Below, one piece after another: positions 17,804 to 26,617 of a stretch of DNA of 27,713 nt. Origin of the DNA: Candidatus Krumholzibacteriia bacterium. GTDB taxonomy: Bacteria > Krumholzibacteriota > Krumholzibacteriia > WVZY01. The position numbers and the translations under genes were made by a program. How positions within the stretch are numbered: the stretch's first letter is position 1; each line of letters starts with the position of its first letter. The stretch spans positions 1 through 27,713 of the forward strand of contig JAZGDW010000168.1 in the NCBI GenBank assembly GCA_036478295.1, in the 5' to 3' direction. A model generated the notes under the pieces. The model did not search any database. It was given only the letters and a program-made list of their open reading frames with translations, and had not been told where the DNA came from.

Positions 17804-18706
17804 ATGTCCCGGGCCACATTCGTCCTTGTTAATCCAGCCGCCGGAAGGCGTCGCGGGCGCACGCGCATCGACAGGTACCTCGACCTTCTCCGCAAGCACC
17901 TCCCCTCGTTCGACCACGCTGAAACGACGCACGCGGGTCACGAAATCGACCTTAGCAACGAGGCGCTGTCCAGCGGCTACCAGAACCTCATTGCCATCGG
18001 AGGCGACGGCACGTGGAGCGCCGTGGCCGACTGCATCGTGAAGAGCGGCCGAGAGGACGTGTCCCTGGGCATGCTCCCCGCCGGCACCGGCAACGATTTT
18101 GGAAAGTCACTGGGCATCACCTTCGAACGGGCAGAAGCCGTGGTGCGCGGTATTGCCGCGGGCCGGCGGCGAACGGTTGACGTTGGCCGGGTGGAGGGTC
18201 GTCATTTCCTGAATGTCGTCGGGCTCGGATTCGACATCGCCGTCATCGACGATGCGGAGGACTTCCCCCTTCTCAAGGGTGACGCGCTGTACCAGGTGTG
18301 CGCGCTACGCCAGCTGTTCCGTTTCCGGGGTATTCCGCTCAGTGTCTCCGCGGCGGATGCCCGGCCCGATCGCCGCGATCACCTGATGCTCGTCATTGCC
18401 AACGCCAACTATTTTGGGGGGTCGTTTCACATCGCGCCCAGCGCCAGTCTCGAGGATGGCATGCTCGATGCCGTATCCATCTACGATGCAGGCCCGCTGG
18501 CCCGCGCCAGTCTCTTCAAAAAAGTCGCAAAGGGACGGCACGAGGGCGAGGAAAAGGTCAGGATCCAGCAATCGGGGGCGTTTCGCATCGAGTGCGATGG
18601 TCCGGTACGATACGAAGTGGACGGCGAGGTGTACACGTCACGCGGCAGCGTGCTCGAGGTGCAGTCGTTGCCGCGGGCGCTGACCGTTTTTATCCCGGAT
18701 TCGTAG
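17804..18706 (+). CDS. Diacylglycerol/sphingosine kinase family lipid kinase (YegS/DgkB-like)
   Basis: VNPAAG, IGGDGT, LPAGTGNDFG, DVG, YFGGSF, DGMLD, VDGE. Confidence 0.92.
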   Translation: MSRATFVLVNPAAGRRRGRTRIDRYLDLLRKHLPSFDHAETTHAGHEIDLSNEALSSGYQNLIAIGGDGTWSAVADCIVKSGREDVSLGMLPAGTGNDFGKSLGITFERAEAVVRGIAAGRRRTVDVGRVEGRHFLNVVGLGFDIAVIDDAEDFPLLKGDALYQVCALRQLFRFRGIPLSVSAADARPDRRDHLMLVIANANYFGGSFHIAPSASLEDGMLDAVSIYDAGPLARASLFKKVAKGRHEGEEKVRIQQSGAFRIECDGPVRYEVDGEVYTSRGSVLEVQSLPRALTVFIPDS

Positions 18707-18725
18707 GACACACGTCTCGGTGGCG

Positions 18726-18810
18726 GTTGTTGGATTGTCTCCCTGGCCGTGCTCCACTGTCAGCCTTGCGGCGGTGCGTTGTTGGATCGCCTCCCTCGCC
18801 GTGCTCCACT
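18726..18810. repeat. Two 33-bp direct repeats (18726-18758 and 18778-18810)
   Basis: GTTGTTGGATTGTCTCCCTGGCCGTGCTCCACT vs GTTGTTGGATCGCCTCCCTCGCCGTGCTCCACT, 30/33 identical. Confidence 0.85.
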
Positions 18811-18851
18811 TCGCTCGGCTACCCGCCTACGGCGGGTGATCCTCGCTCGTT

Positions 18852-19050
18852 CCCGCAACGGCTCCGTCACCAACCCAACAACGCCCCACCACCTAGTCCC
18901 GCAACGGCTCCGTCACCAACCCACCAGGCGCCCCGCTGACTTGCTCCGAAACGTCTCCGTCACCAACCCAACAACACCCCACCACCTGGGCCCGCAACGG
19001 CTCTGTCAACAACCCAACAACCGCCCCCCGACTTGTTCCTGCGACGGCTC
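18852..19050. repeat. Tandem 46/47-bp repeat, about 4.3 units
   Basis: Core CCCGCAACGGCTCCGTCACCAACCCA (or close variant) starts at 18852, 18898, 18945 and 18991, with a partial copy at 19038. Confidence 0.9.
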
Positions 19051-19151
19051 GATGCGGGTGGCAGCGAACGGGCGCCCGGCCGCGCGCAGCCTGCGAGCAC
19101 GGACGGGCTGTTCGCTGACAGGACCCGCATCGAGCCGCGCGTCGCTCACGC

Positions 19152-19967
19152 TCACTCGTCCGCGCCGCTGTACAGTTCCGCGACCTTTCCCGCCGACGTC
19201 ACGATCCCCTTGATCATCGCCGAGCTGAACCCCTGGTGCTCCATCTCGTTTAGACCGGAAATCGTACACCCGCGAGGTGTGGCCACCCGGTCGATCTCGT
19301 ATTCGGGGTGATTTTCCGCTTCGAGCATCAGGGACGCCGCGCCGCGCGCGGATTGTGCCGCGATCACCAGCGCCTGGTCCGCGTGGAACCCGATTTCGAT
19401 GCCCCCCTGGGAGGCCGCACGCACCGCGCGCAGGAAGAACGCCACGCCGCACGCTCCGAGAGCCGTCGCGGCCACCATCTGATCCTCGTCGATGGTCAGC
19501 GTCTTGCCCACCGCGGCGAAGATCTCGCGGGCGATGTCGATGGCCGCGCCCTCGCCACCCGCCAGGCAGGTCATCGATTCACCAATGGCCACAGCGGTAT
19601 TGGGCATCGCCCTCACCACGGCCACTTTCTTGTCGAGCCGCTCCAGGATCTGCCGGATGCTCACCCCGGACACCACCGATATGACGACATGGCGATCCGC
19701 GGTCAGGTGGCCCGAGATCCCGTCGAGCAGCGCATTCATCTGCCGTGGCTCAACCGCGATGACAATCACGTCGGAATTCCGGACCGCCTCCCCGTTGTCC
19801 GCGGACGTAACAAATCCCTGCTTTTGAAATTGCTCCAGCATTTGATCTTTTCGCCGGGTCAGGGTGATCTGTCCCGCCGAAAAGTGCCCGGACCGAACCA
19901 GGCCCGTGGCAATGGATGCGCCGATATTCCCTGCCCCGAGCACCGCAAGGCGATTTTTTCTTGCCAA
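19152..19967 (-). CDS. proC: Pyrroline-5-carboxylate reductase
   Basis: LGAGNIG, VIAVEP, ISVVSGV, VRAMPNT, ATALGACGVAF, VATPRGCT; TTG start with AAAGGAG RBS. Confidence 0.93.
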   Translation of the reverse strand: MARKNRLAVLGAGNIGASIATGLVRSGHFSAGQITLTRRKDQMLEQFQKQGFVTSADNGEAVRNSDVIVIAVEPRQMNALLDGISGHLTADRHVVISVVSGVSIRQILERLDKKVAVVRAMPNTAVAIGESMTCLAGGEGAAIDIAREIFAAVGKTLTIDEDQMVAATALGACGVAFFLRAVRAASQGGIEIGFHADQALVIAAQSARGAASLMLEAENHPEYEIDRVATPRGCTISGLNEMEHQGFSSAMIKGIVTSAGKVAELYSGADE

Positions 19968-20045
19968 AACGATCTCCTTTCGAGCACTCCACTACAAAAC
20001 GTCGAATCCGTAAGCAATGCCCACTATATCACGCCGGTCCAAGAG

Positions 20046-20059
20046 TTGACTTTAATCAA
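20046..20059 (+). promoter_or_regulatory. FNR/Crp-family-like box TTGAC-TTTA-ATCAA upstream of the oxidoreductase operon
   Basis: 9/10 match to TTGAT-N4-ATCAA; -10-like TAAATT at 20084-20089. Confidence 0.6.
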
Positions 20060-20143
20060 ATTGAAGCTTCAGGCGAAATTCCCTAAATTTAGATGGGTGG
20101 CGCTGTCGCAACCCACAGAAGTTGATCTCAAGGGAGTCGTTCA

Positions 20144-20731
20144 TTGATCGAGATCCGCACTCATGGCAGAGGCGGGCAAGGCGCCGTCGTCGCATCGAAA
20201 GTACTTGCGGTCGCGCTGTTCAAGGAAGACCGGTACGTCCAGGCGTTTCCCGCCTTTGGGGTGGAGCGACGCGGCGCGCCGGTGGTTGCGTTCACTCGTT
20301 TCGACGATAAACCGATTCGCCGCCGATGCGAGATTTATACACCGGACCATCTCATTGTTCTCGACCACGCGCTGACAGGAGCCACCGATGTTACAGAAGG
20401 GCTCAAGAGCGGCGGTTGGATTGTCATCAACACGCACACGGATCCCAGCGGTTGTTTCCGGACGGGCAACTTTCGACTCGCCGTGGTGGACGCGAACGCC
20501 ATTGCCTGGCGGCATCACCTGGGCAGCCGTGCAACGCCGATCGTCAACACGGCGATCCTCGGTGCCTTCGCCAGGGCTACGGGGCTCGTGAGCCTCGATT
20601 CCGTCATCGAAGCCGTACTGGAATCTGTTCCGACCCACCCAGAAGGCAACAGGCAAGCGGCCATCGATGCGTACAATGAGACCGAAGTTTACGACACCAT
20701 CGCGCTGTGCGACGAGGTGACGGAAGGATAA
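20144..20731 (+). CDS. porC: 2-oxoacid:ferredoxin oxidoreductase gamma subunit
   Basis: IEIRTHGRGGQGAV, QAFPAFGVERRGAPV, PIVNTAILGAF; TTG start, AAGGGAG RBS. Confidence 0.92.
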   Translation: MIEIRTHGRGGQGAVVASKVLAVALFKEDRYVQAFPAFGVERRGAPVVAFTRFDDKPIRRRCEIYTPDHLIVLDHALTGATDVTEGLKSGGWIVINTHTDPSGCFRTGNFRLAVVDANAIAWRHHLGSRATPIVNTAILGAFARATGLVSLDSVIEAVLESVPTHPEGNRQAAIDAYNETEVYDTIALCDEVTEG

Positions 20732-22398
20732 TGAGCGGTAACAAGAAAACATTTGATGACGTGTCACAGGTACCACTCGGCGCGGTGTCCGCCGACGACA
20801 TGCGCTGGAACAAAACCGGCACGTGGCGCAACGTAAGGCCGTTCTTCGACCCGAAGACGTCGCCTTGCATTGCGGGCTGCCCCGCTGGCGAGAACATCCA
20901 GGAATACATCGCCCTCGCCCGCGAAGGTCGTTTTGAAAAAGCGGTCCGCGTCATATGGGAGAGCAACCCGTTTCCGGCGATTTGCGGCAGAATCTGCTAC
21001 CACCCGTGCATGGACCGCTGCATGCGCAGTGAACACGACGGGGCTGTGTTCATTCCCGCGATCGAGCGTTTCCTGGGCGACTATGCGATCGAGAAGAAAA
21101 TAAAACAGAACCCGCCCTCGAAGAGGTTGGGATTCGAGATCGCGATCATCGGCGGCGGACCCGCCGGCCTCAGCTGTGCCTATTTTCTGGCCCGCAGGGG
21201 TTTTGGCGTGACGGTATTCGAAGCAAAAGAACAACTGGGCGGCGTGTTGCGCTACGGCATTCCCCAATACCGGCTGCCCAATGACGTGCTCGACGCCGAG
21301 TTGGACAGGCTGTACGCGCTCGGAGTGAAGATCAAAACGTCCACCGTCGTGGGCAAGGATATGGGGGTCGAGGAGCTATCGAAATACTCGGCCTATTTTC
21401 TCGGAGTGGGGCTGCAGGGAAGCCGAAGACTCAATTTGGAAAATGAAGACGCCAGAGGTGTCATGCCGGGGCTGAAGTTCCTGGAGGCAGTAAATACGGG
21501 GAAAACAGTGGATGTCGGGAAACGTGTGGTCGTCGTCGGTGGCGGGAACACGGCGATGGATGTGGCGCGGAGCGCGCGCCGCCTGGGCGCTGAAGTCACA
21601 GTGCTCTACCGGCGGACGCGAAACGAGATGCCGGCCATCGAGGATGAAGTGAGGGAAGCCGCTGACGAAAACGTGGCCTTCAGGTTTCTTGCGGCCCCGG
21701 CAGAAATCATTACGCACAACGGCGGGGTCAAGGAACTCCGCTGTCAAGAAATGGAACTCGGGCTGCCGGACGACACGGGCAGGAAACGTCCAGTGCCCAA
21801 AGCGGGCGCGTTTTTCACGCTCCCGCTCGATTCGCTCTTAGTCGCCGTCGGTGAGATCCCGGATGTGGAGTCATTCGAGTCGATAGTGTCTGTATCGAAC
21901 GGGCTCATTGTGACCGACGAATTCGGGAGAACATCCAACGAAAAGGTTTTCGCCGGCGGCGACATCGTGACCGGAGCGTCCACAGTTGTGAACGCGATTG
22001 CCAGGGGACGCGGCGCGGCGGAACTCATCGCCGCAGAGCTGACGGACGGCGTCTTCGACCCGAAGCAGCAGAGGAAGGTCGTAGCCATCGCGGATATCAA
22101 TGCCGCCTATTTCTTGCACAAAAAGGCGGCCACCATGCCGCAATCGAACGGCGGCGGCGAGTCCTTCACAGAGGTCAACCTGGGACTCACCTGTGACCAG
22201 GTGAAACAGGAACTGTCGCGCTGCTACAGCTGTGGCGTTTGTGACGGGTGCGACAACTGCTGGGTATTTTGTCCCGACGTCGCCATCTCGAGAGAGGACG
22301 GCGTCTATACGATCGACTACGACTACTGCAAGGGTTGTCTGATCTGCGTTCAGGAATGCCCGCGCGGCGTTCTGGCCTCGGAGAGAGAGACGTCATGA
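20731..22398 (+). CDS. Fusion of 2-oxoacid oxidoreductase delta subunit with a GltD/DsrL-like FAD/NAD(P)H oxidoreductase
   Basis: PorD-like N-terminus NKTGTWRNVRP; PCIAGCP...NPFPAICGRICYHPC; GGGPAG; GGGNTAMD; YRRTR; FAGGD; C-terminal RCYSCGVCDGCDNCWVFCPD...IDYDYCKGCLICVQECP. TAATG and ATGA overlaps with neighbours. Confidence 0.88.
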   Translation: MSGNKKTFDDVSQVPLGAVSADDMRWNKTGTWRNVRPFFDPKTSPCIAGCPAGENIQEYIALAREGRFEKAVRVIWESNPFPAICGRICYHPCMDRCMRSEHDGAVFIPAIERFLGDYAIEKKIKQNPPSKRLGFEIAIIGGGPAGLSCAYFLARRGFGVTVFEAKEQLGGVLRYGIPQYRLPNDVLDAELDRLYALGVKIKTSTVVGKDMGVEELSKYSAYFLGVGLQGSRRLNLENEDARGVMPGLKFLEAVNTGKTVDVGKRVVVVGGGNTAMDVARSARRLGAEVTVLYRRTRNEMPAIEDEVREAADENVAFRFLAAPAEIITHNGGVKELRCQEMELGLPDDTGRKRPVPKAGAFFTLPLDSLLVAVGEIPDVESFESIVSVSNGLIVTDEFGRTSNEKVFAGGDIVTGASTVVNAIARGRGAAELIAAELTDGVFDPKQQRKVVAIADINAAYFLHKKAATMPQSNGGGESFTEVNLGLTCDQVKQELSRCYSCGVCDGCDNCWVFCPDVAISREDGVYTIDYDYCKGCLICVQECPRGVLASERETS

Positions 22399-23573
22399 AA
22401 AAGGTGATGGAAGGCAACCACGCCATTTCCTACGGGGTGCAGGCCAGCGAGGTCCAGGTGATCTCGGCCTACCCCATTACGCCCCAGACGCAGATTGTGG
22501 AACGGCTCTCCGAGCTGTGCGCGGGCGGCGAGCTCGACGCCAAGTTCATCAAGGTGGAATCGGAACACTCGGCGATGGCCGCCGTCATCGGCGCCAGTGC
22601 GGCGGGCGCACGCGCCTTTACCGCCACGTCCTCGCAGGGCCTGCTCCTCATGCACGAGATGCTGCACTGGGCCGTAGGCGCCCGGCTGCCCGTGGTGCTC
22701 GCAAACGTCAACCGCGCCGTCGGTCCGCCGTGGAACATCTGGACCGACCAGAACGACTCGCTGTCACAGCGAGACACCGGCATGCTACAGCTGTATTGCG
22801 AAAGCAACCAGGAAGTATTCGACACCGTTCTGCAGGCGTACCGCATTGGCGAAAAGGTGATGTTGCCGGTGATGCTCGTCCTCGACGCCTTTTTTCTGTC
22901 GCACACTTCGGAGATAGTGGACGTCTTTGGCCCCGACGAAGCGCGAGAATATCTACCGCCCTACCGGCCCGCCGAGAGCCTGTCGCCGGAGAGCCCGAAG
23001 GCGTTTGGAAATCTGACCGGACCGGACAACTACTACGAACTGCGCTACAGCATCTTCAACGACATGCAGCGCGCGATCGACGTGGCAAAGGAGGCGGACG
23101 ATGAGTTCGAAAGACTGTTCGGCCGCCGGTACGGCATCGTCGAGGAGTATCGCACCGACGGGGCGGACACCATCCTTGTCACCTCCGGGACGGTGACCAG
23201 CACGGCGCGCGAGGTGGTCGACGAACTGCGGGATGCGGGACGGGCGGTGGGGCTCCTCAAGATGCGACTCTTCCGGCCCTTCCCCACGCACGAGGTACGC
23301 CGCGTGCTCGGCGGCCGGCGGAAAGTAGCCGTCATCGACCGCAACATAGGGTTCGGTGTCGGCGGCATCTTCGCGCAGGAAATCAAGTCCGCTTTGTGGG
23401 GCGTGGGCGAGCACCTGCCGCTGTTCAGCTTTATCGCCGGCATCGGCGGGCGTGATGTCACACCGGATGTTATCAAGGAAATCATGGATATTACGGACAG
23501 TTCGGAAATGCCAACAGAAGAAGTCTACTGGATCGGTGTAAAGGATGAGCAACTATCATATCTCACAAAATGA
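22395..23573 (+). CDS. porA: 2-oxoacid:ferredoxin oxidoreductase alpha subunit
   Basis: GNHA, AYPITPQT, VESEHSA, TATSSQGL, NRA, RLFRPFP, GIGGRD; ATG 22395. Confidence 0.93.
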   Translation: MKKVMEGNHAISYGVQASEVQVISAYPITPQTQIVERLSELCAGGELDAKFIKVESEHSAMAAVIGASAAGARAFTATSSQGLLLMHEMLHWAVGARLPVVLANVNRAVGPPWNIWTDQNDSLSQRDTGMLQLYCESNQEVFDTVLQAYRIGEKVMLPVMLVLDAFFLSHTSEIVDVFGPDEAREYLPPYRPAESLSPESPKAFGNLTGPDNYYELRYSIFNDMQRAIDVAKEADDEFERLFGRRYGIVEEYRTDGADTILVTSGTVTSTAREVVDELRDAGRAVGLLKMRLFRPFPTHEVRRVLGGRRKVAVIDRNIGFGVGGIFAQEIKSALWGVGEHLPLFSFIAGIGGRDVTPDVIKEIMDITDSSEMPTEEVYWIGVKDEQLSYLTK

Positions 23574-24444
23574 GCTAATGACTTCGGGCCATCTAGCCTG
23601 CCAGGGGTGCGGCGCAACGCAGGCCATGCGCTTCGCACTTAAAGCACTCGGGTCACGCACGGTCATGGTAATGCCCGCGTGCTGCTGGTCGGTCATAGAT
23701 GGCCCTTTTCCTCATACCGCCGTGCAGATACCGATTTTCCACACGGCGTTCGAAACCGCGGCAAGCACCGCGTCCGGCGTCAAGGCCGGTCTCCAAATGC
23801 GTGGCGACCACGAAACGACCGTGGTCGCCTGGGCGGGCGACGGCGGTACGTTCGACATCGGCCTGCAGGCACTAAGCGGCGCCGCTGAACGCAACGAAGA
23901 CATTATCTTCGTCTGTTATGACAACGAGGCCTACATGAACACGGGTGTTCAACGCTCCAGTGCCACACCGCTCGGTGCGTGGACGACCACGACACCGTAC
24001 CCACACCTCAAGTCACGACCCAAGAAGCGCATGCTCGATATCCTCGTCGCGCACGGTATTCCCTATATCGCGACCGCGTCGGTCGCCTATCCGGATGACC
24101 TGGTTCAGAAATTCTACACGGCGAGAAAGATATCCGGTATGCGCTTCATCCATGTCTTCGCCCCCTGCCCCACGGGATGGAAAAGCCCTCCGGAGATAAC
24201 GGTCGAGCTCGCCCGCCTGGCGGTCGAGACACGCCTCTTTCCACTACTAGAGGTCACGGACGGCAAGTACTACCGCGTATGGAAGGATCTCCCGAAACGG
24301 CCGGTGCGCGATTACATCAAGCTGCAGGGGCGCTTTTCGCGGATGGGCGATGAGGAGATCGATCGTATCGAACAAGAGGTGGAGGAACGCTGGCAGGAAC
24401 TCCTCCAGCGGGAGACACTCAGGGAAATGAAGACGTCGTCCTAG
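23545..24444 (+). CDS. porB: 2-oxoacid:ferredoxin oxidoreductase beta (TPP-binding) subunit
   Basis: GHLACQGCG, GDGGTFDIG...YDNEAYMNTGVQRS, PCPTGW, QGRF. Confidence 0.93.
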   Translation: MSNYHISQNELMTSGHLACQGCGATQAMRFALKALGSRTVMVMPACCWSVIDGPFPHTAVQIPIFHTAFETAASTASGVKAGLQMRGDHETTVVAWAGDGGTFDIGLQALSGAAERNEDIIFVCYDNEAYMNTGVQRSSATPLGAWTTTTPYPHLKSRPKKRMLDILVAHGIPYIATASVAYPDDLVQKFYTARKISGMRFIHVFAPCPTGWKSPPEITVELARLAVETRLFPLLEVTDGKYYRVWKDLPKRPVRDYIKLQGRFSRMGDEEIDRIEQEVEERWQELLQRETLREMKTSS

Positions 24445-24465
24445 AAAACAGCTTCCCCCAAAACG

Positions 24466-24501
24466 AAGGAGCCCCCTTTTCAGAAGAGGGCTCCTTTTTT
24501 T
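24466..24501 (+). terminator. Rho-independent terminator of the oxidoreductase operon
   Basis: AAGGAGCCC...GGGCTCCTT stem followed by a T tract, about 20 bp after the porB stop. Confidence 0.85.
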
Positions 24502-24608
24502 CCCCAACCGGCGCGTGCTTGACTTTTCGGGCGCGTCCCGTAGGTTACTAGCATCGGCGGCCAGCTGTCGCCAGCCGCGGGCAGTCATATGCATCATGCA
24601 TTACTCGA

Positions 24609-25265
24609 ATGGAGCCTTACATGTCATTGATACTAAGTCGTTTGTGGATAGTCTCACTCCTTGGAGGATTTGTGATCTCCGCCCTCGTGACGGGTGGATC
24701 GGCGGAGGAGGAGAAGCGCCCAACCGGCACTTCGCAGGAGGCCATAGCCACCTTTGCAGGAGGCTGTTTCTGGTGTATGCAGCCGCCGTACGACAAGTTA
24801 AAAGGCGTCATCTCGACGATGGTCGGCTATGCGGGGGGCCACAAAGTAAACCCCACCTACAAGGAGGTTAGCTCCGGCGAAACAGGTCACACCGAGGCCA
24901 TCCGTATCGTATACGATCCAGAAAAAGTCACCTACGAAGAATTGCTCGAGCTGTTCTGGCACAACATCGACCCCACGACGTCCAATCGCCAGTTCTGCGA
25001 CTGGGGCAACCAGTACCGTCCCGAGATTTTCTACCACGATGAGACGCAGAAGCAGCTGGCCGAGCAGTCCAAGGCCGCGTTGGAGGAGACCAAGAGTTTC
25101 GAGGAACCCATTCGCACAAAGATGTCCGAGGCGGCGGAGTTCTATGCGGCGGAGGATTATCACCAGAAGTACTACCGCAAGAATCCGCGTCGTTACAAGG
25201 CGTACCGCGAGGGCTGCGGGCGCGATCAACGCCTCGAACAGCTCTGGGGGAAAAAGAAAAAATAG
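24609..25265 (+). CDS. msrA: Peptide-methionine (S)-S-oxide reductase MsrA with N-terminal signal/anchor
   Basis: FAGGCFWC, GYAGG, GHTEA, DPT, QYR, AEDYHQKYY. Start may be 24609 or 24621. Confidence 0.95.
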   Translation: MEPYMSLILSRLWIVSLLGGFVISALVTGGSAEEEKRPTGTSQEAIATFAGGCFWCMQPPYDKLKGVISTMVGYAGGHKVNPTYKEVSSGETGHTEAIRIVYDPEKVTYEELLELFWHNIDPTTSNRQFCDWGNQYRPEIFYHDETQKQLAEQSKAALEETKSFEEPIRTKMSEAAEFYAAEDYHQKYYRKNPRRYKAYREGCGRDQRLEQLWGKKKK

Positions 25266-25283
25266 CCCGGCCGCCCGCGTCGC

Positions 25284-26504
25284 TCAACGTTTAGCGGCGG
25301 AGCTCCCGATCAAGCCCGTCTGCTCGAGTGACTTGCGTACGCGCTCGAAGCTCAACTCCATGTCGTTATCGATCCCTACCGACATCCGGATCAGCCCCGG
25401 GCTCAGACCCATCTTCGCCTGCTCATCTTTGGGAATCTCGGAAGACGTGCTGCTGCCCGGCGGGCTGAACAGGGTCTTGAAATAGCCGAGGCTCACCGCA
25501 AGGTAGCCGACCTTGTTCTCCTGCATCCTTCTCATCAATTCGTTGGCGACCGTTTCGTCGCCCGCATCGAAGGCGAGCATGCCGCCGAATCCGAAGCCCG
25601 GGTTCATGATGCGTTTCATGCGCGCGTACTGGCTGTGACCGGGCAATCCCGGGTAGAACACCTTCAGACCGAGTTCCTCCAGTCGCTCGGCGAGAAACAG
25701 CGCGTTGGCACTGTGCCGTTGCATGCGAATATGGAGGCTGTGGAGGTTTTTCAGGATACTCGCCGCCCGGTAGCTGTCCAGCACCGGGCCCAACAACATG
25801 GACGCGCCCGAGGTGATGTCGGTAAGTTCGTGAGTGAACGCGTCGCTCGAGCACACGCAGCCCGCAACCGTATCGCTGGTGCCGTTGATGAACTTCGTCA
25901 GGCTGTGAATCACAATGTCCGCCCCCAGGGCCAGCGGCTGGACGATCATGGGACAGAATGTGTTGTCCACGACCAGTTGCGCACCGTGCTTGTGCGCGAT
26001 GCGGCTCAATTCCGGGATCTCGGCTATCTCGAGAAGCGGATTACTCAGCGTCTCACAATAGACCAGCCGCGTTCGCTTCGATATGGTCCGTTCCAGTTCT
26101 TCCGGCTTGTGGACATTCACGAAGCGGACCCTGATACCGAACTTCGGAAGGAAATGTTTTAAGAGTGCGTACGTGCCGCCGTAGACGGTGCGGTCCGAAA
26201 TGATCTCGTCACCGGTGTGGCACATCTGGAGGATGGTACTGCTGATGGCGGCCATGCCCGAAGACATGACCACAGCCGATTCGCTACCCTCGAGACCCGC
26301 CAGGGCACACGCGAGATACTTGTTGCTGGGATTCCAGTGCCGCGAATACAGAAAGCACCCTTCGACCTCGTGGTCGAAGAGCTCCTTCATTCTCTCGGGG
26401 GTCATGAAGGTATACGTCGACGAGTCCGTGATCGACGGGTTCACACCTCCATATTCCCCAAAGACCAGATAGTCCTGAATGTTGCTACACGGATCGAAAA
26501 CCAT
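25284..26504 (-). CDS. Cys/Met metabolism PLP-dependent enzyme, methionine gamma-lyase-like
   Basis: FGEYGGVNPSI, YSRHWNP, SSGMAAI, YGGT, ETLSNP, DNTF, HSLTKFING (PLP Lys), AVSLG, IRMSVG; ATG 26504 with AAAGGA RBS. Confidence 0.88.
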   Translation of the reverse strand: MVFDPCSNIQDYLVFGEYGGVNPSITDSSTYTFMTPERMKELFDHEVEGCFLYSRHWNPSNKYLACALAGLEGSESAVVMSSGMAAISSTILQMCHTGDEIISDRTVYGGTYALLKHFLPKFGIRVRFVNVHKPEELERTISKRTRLVYCETLSNPLLEIAEIPELSRIAHKHGAQLVVDNTFCPMIVQPLALGADIVIHSLTKFINGTSDTVAGCVCSSDAFTHELTDITSGASMLLGPVLDSYRAASILKNLHSLHIRMQRHSANALFLAERLEELGLKVFYPGLPGHSQYARMKRIMNPGFGFGGMLAFDAGDETVANELMRRMQENKVGYLAVSLGYFKTLFSPPGSSTSSEIPKDEQAKMGLSPGLIRMSVGIDNDMELSFERVRKSLEQTGLIGSSAAKR

Positions 26505-26617
26505 AATTTGAATCCTTTCTGCTAGTGCACCACGTTCCCCGGTGGGCGGGCTGATTCCCACCGTCCCCGTTTCGCCTGCCGTCCCAAAATATATAAGACA
26601 TTGAACCGGGCACCTCA

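Noticed and set aside
18852..19050. Possible mini CRISPR array (26-bp repeat at regular spacing)
   Set aside because: The linkers are only about 20 bp and resemble one another in an alternating pattern, the repeats are degenerate and non-palindromic, and there are no cas genes or AT-rich leader.
18749..19213. ORF with repeated SVTNPTTPHHL peptide as a possible RiPP precursor for the radical SAM enzyme
   Set aside because: No clear RBS, the repeat period is not consistently a multiple of 3 (46/47 bp), and it overlaps proC antisense; better explained as translation of a DNA repeat.
22381..22390. (GA)5 microsatellite as a phase-variation site
   Set aside because: Short, encodes the in-frame C-terminal ERE and doubles as a purine-rich RBS for porA; reading frames are intact.
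20731..22398. Glutamate synthase small subunit (gltD) or true dsrL
   Set aside because: No gltB or dsr genes are present; the gene is embedded in and overlaps the por operon and has PorD termini.
26505..26590. Possible SAM riboswitch upstream of the Met/Cys lyase
   Set aside because: Only a short hairpin (GGTGGG...CCCACC) is visible; no SAM-I/II consensus elements were recognised. An Infernal/Rfam scan would settle it.
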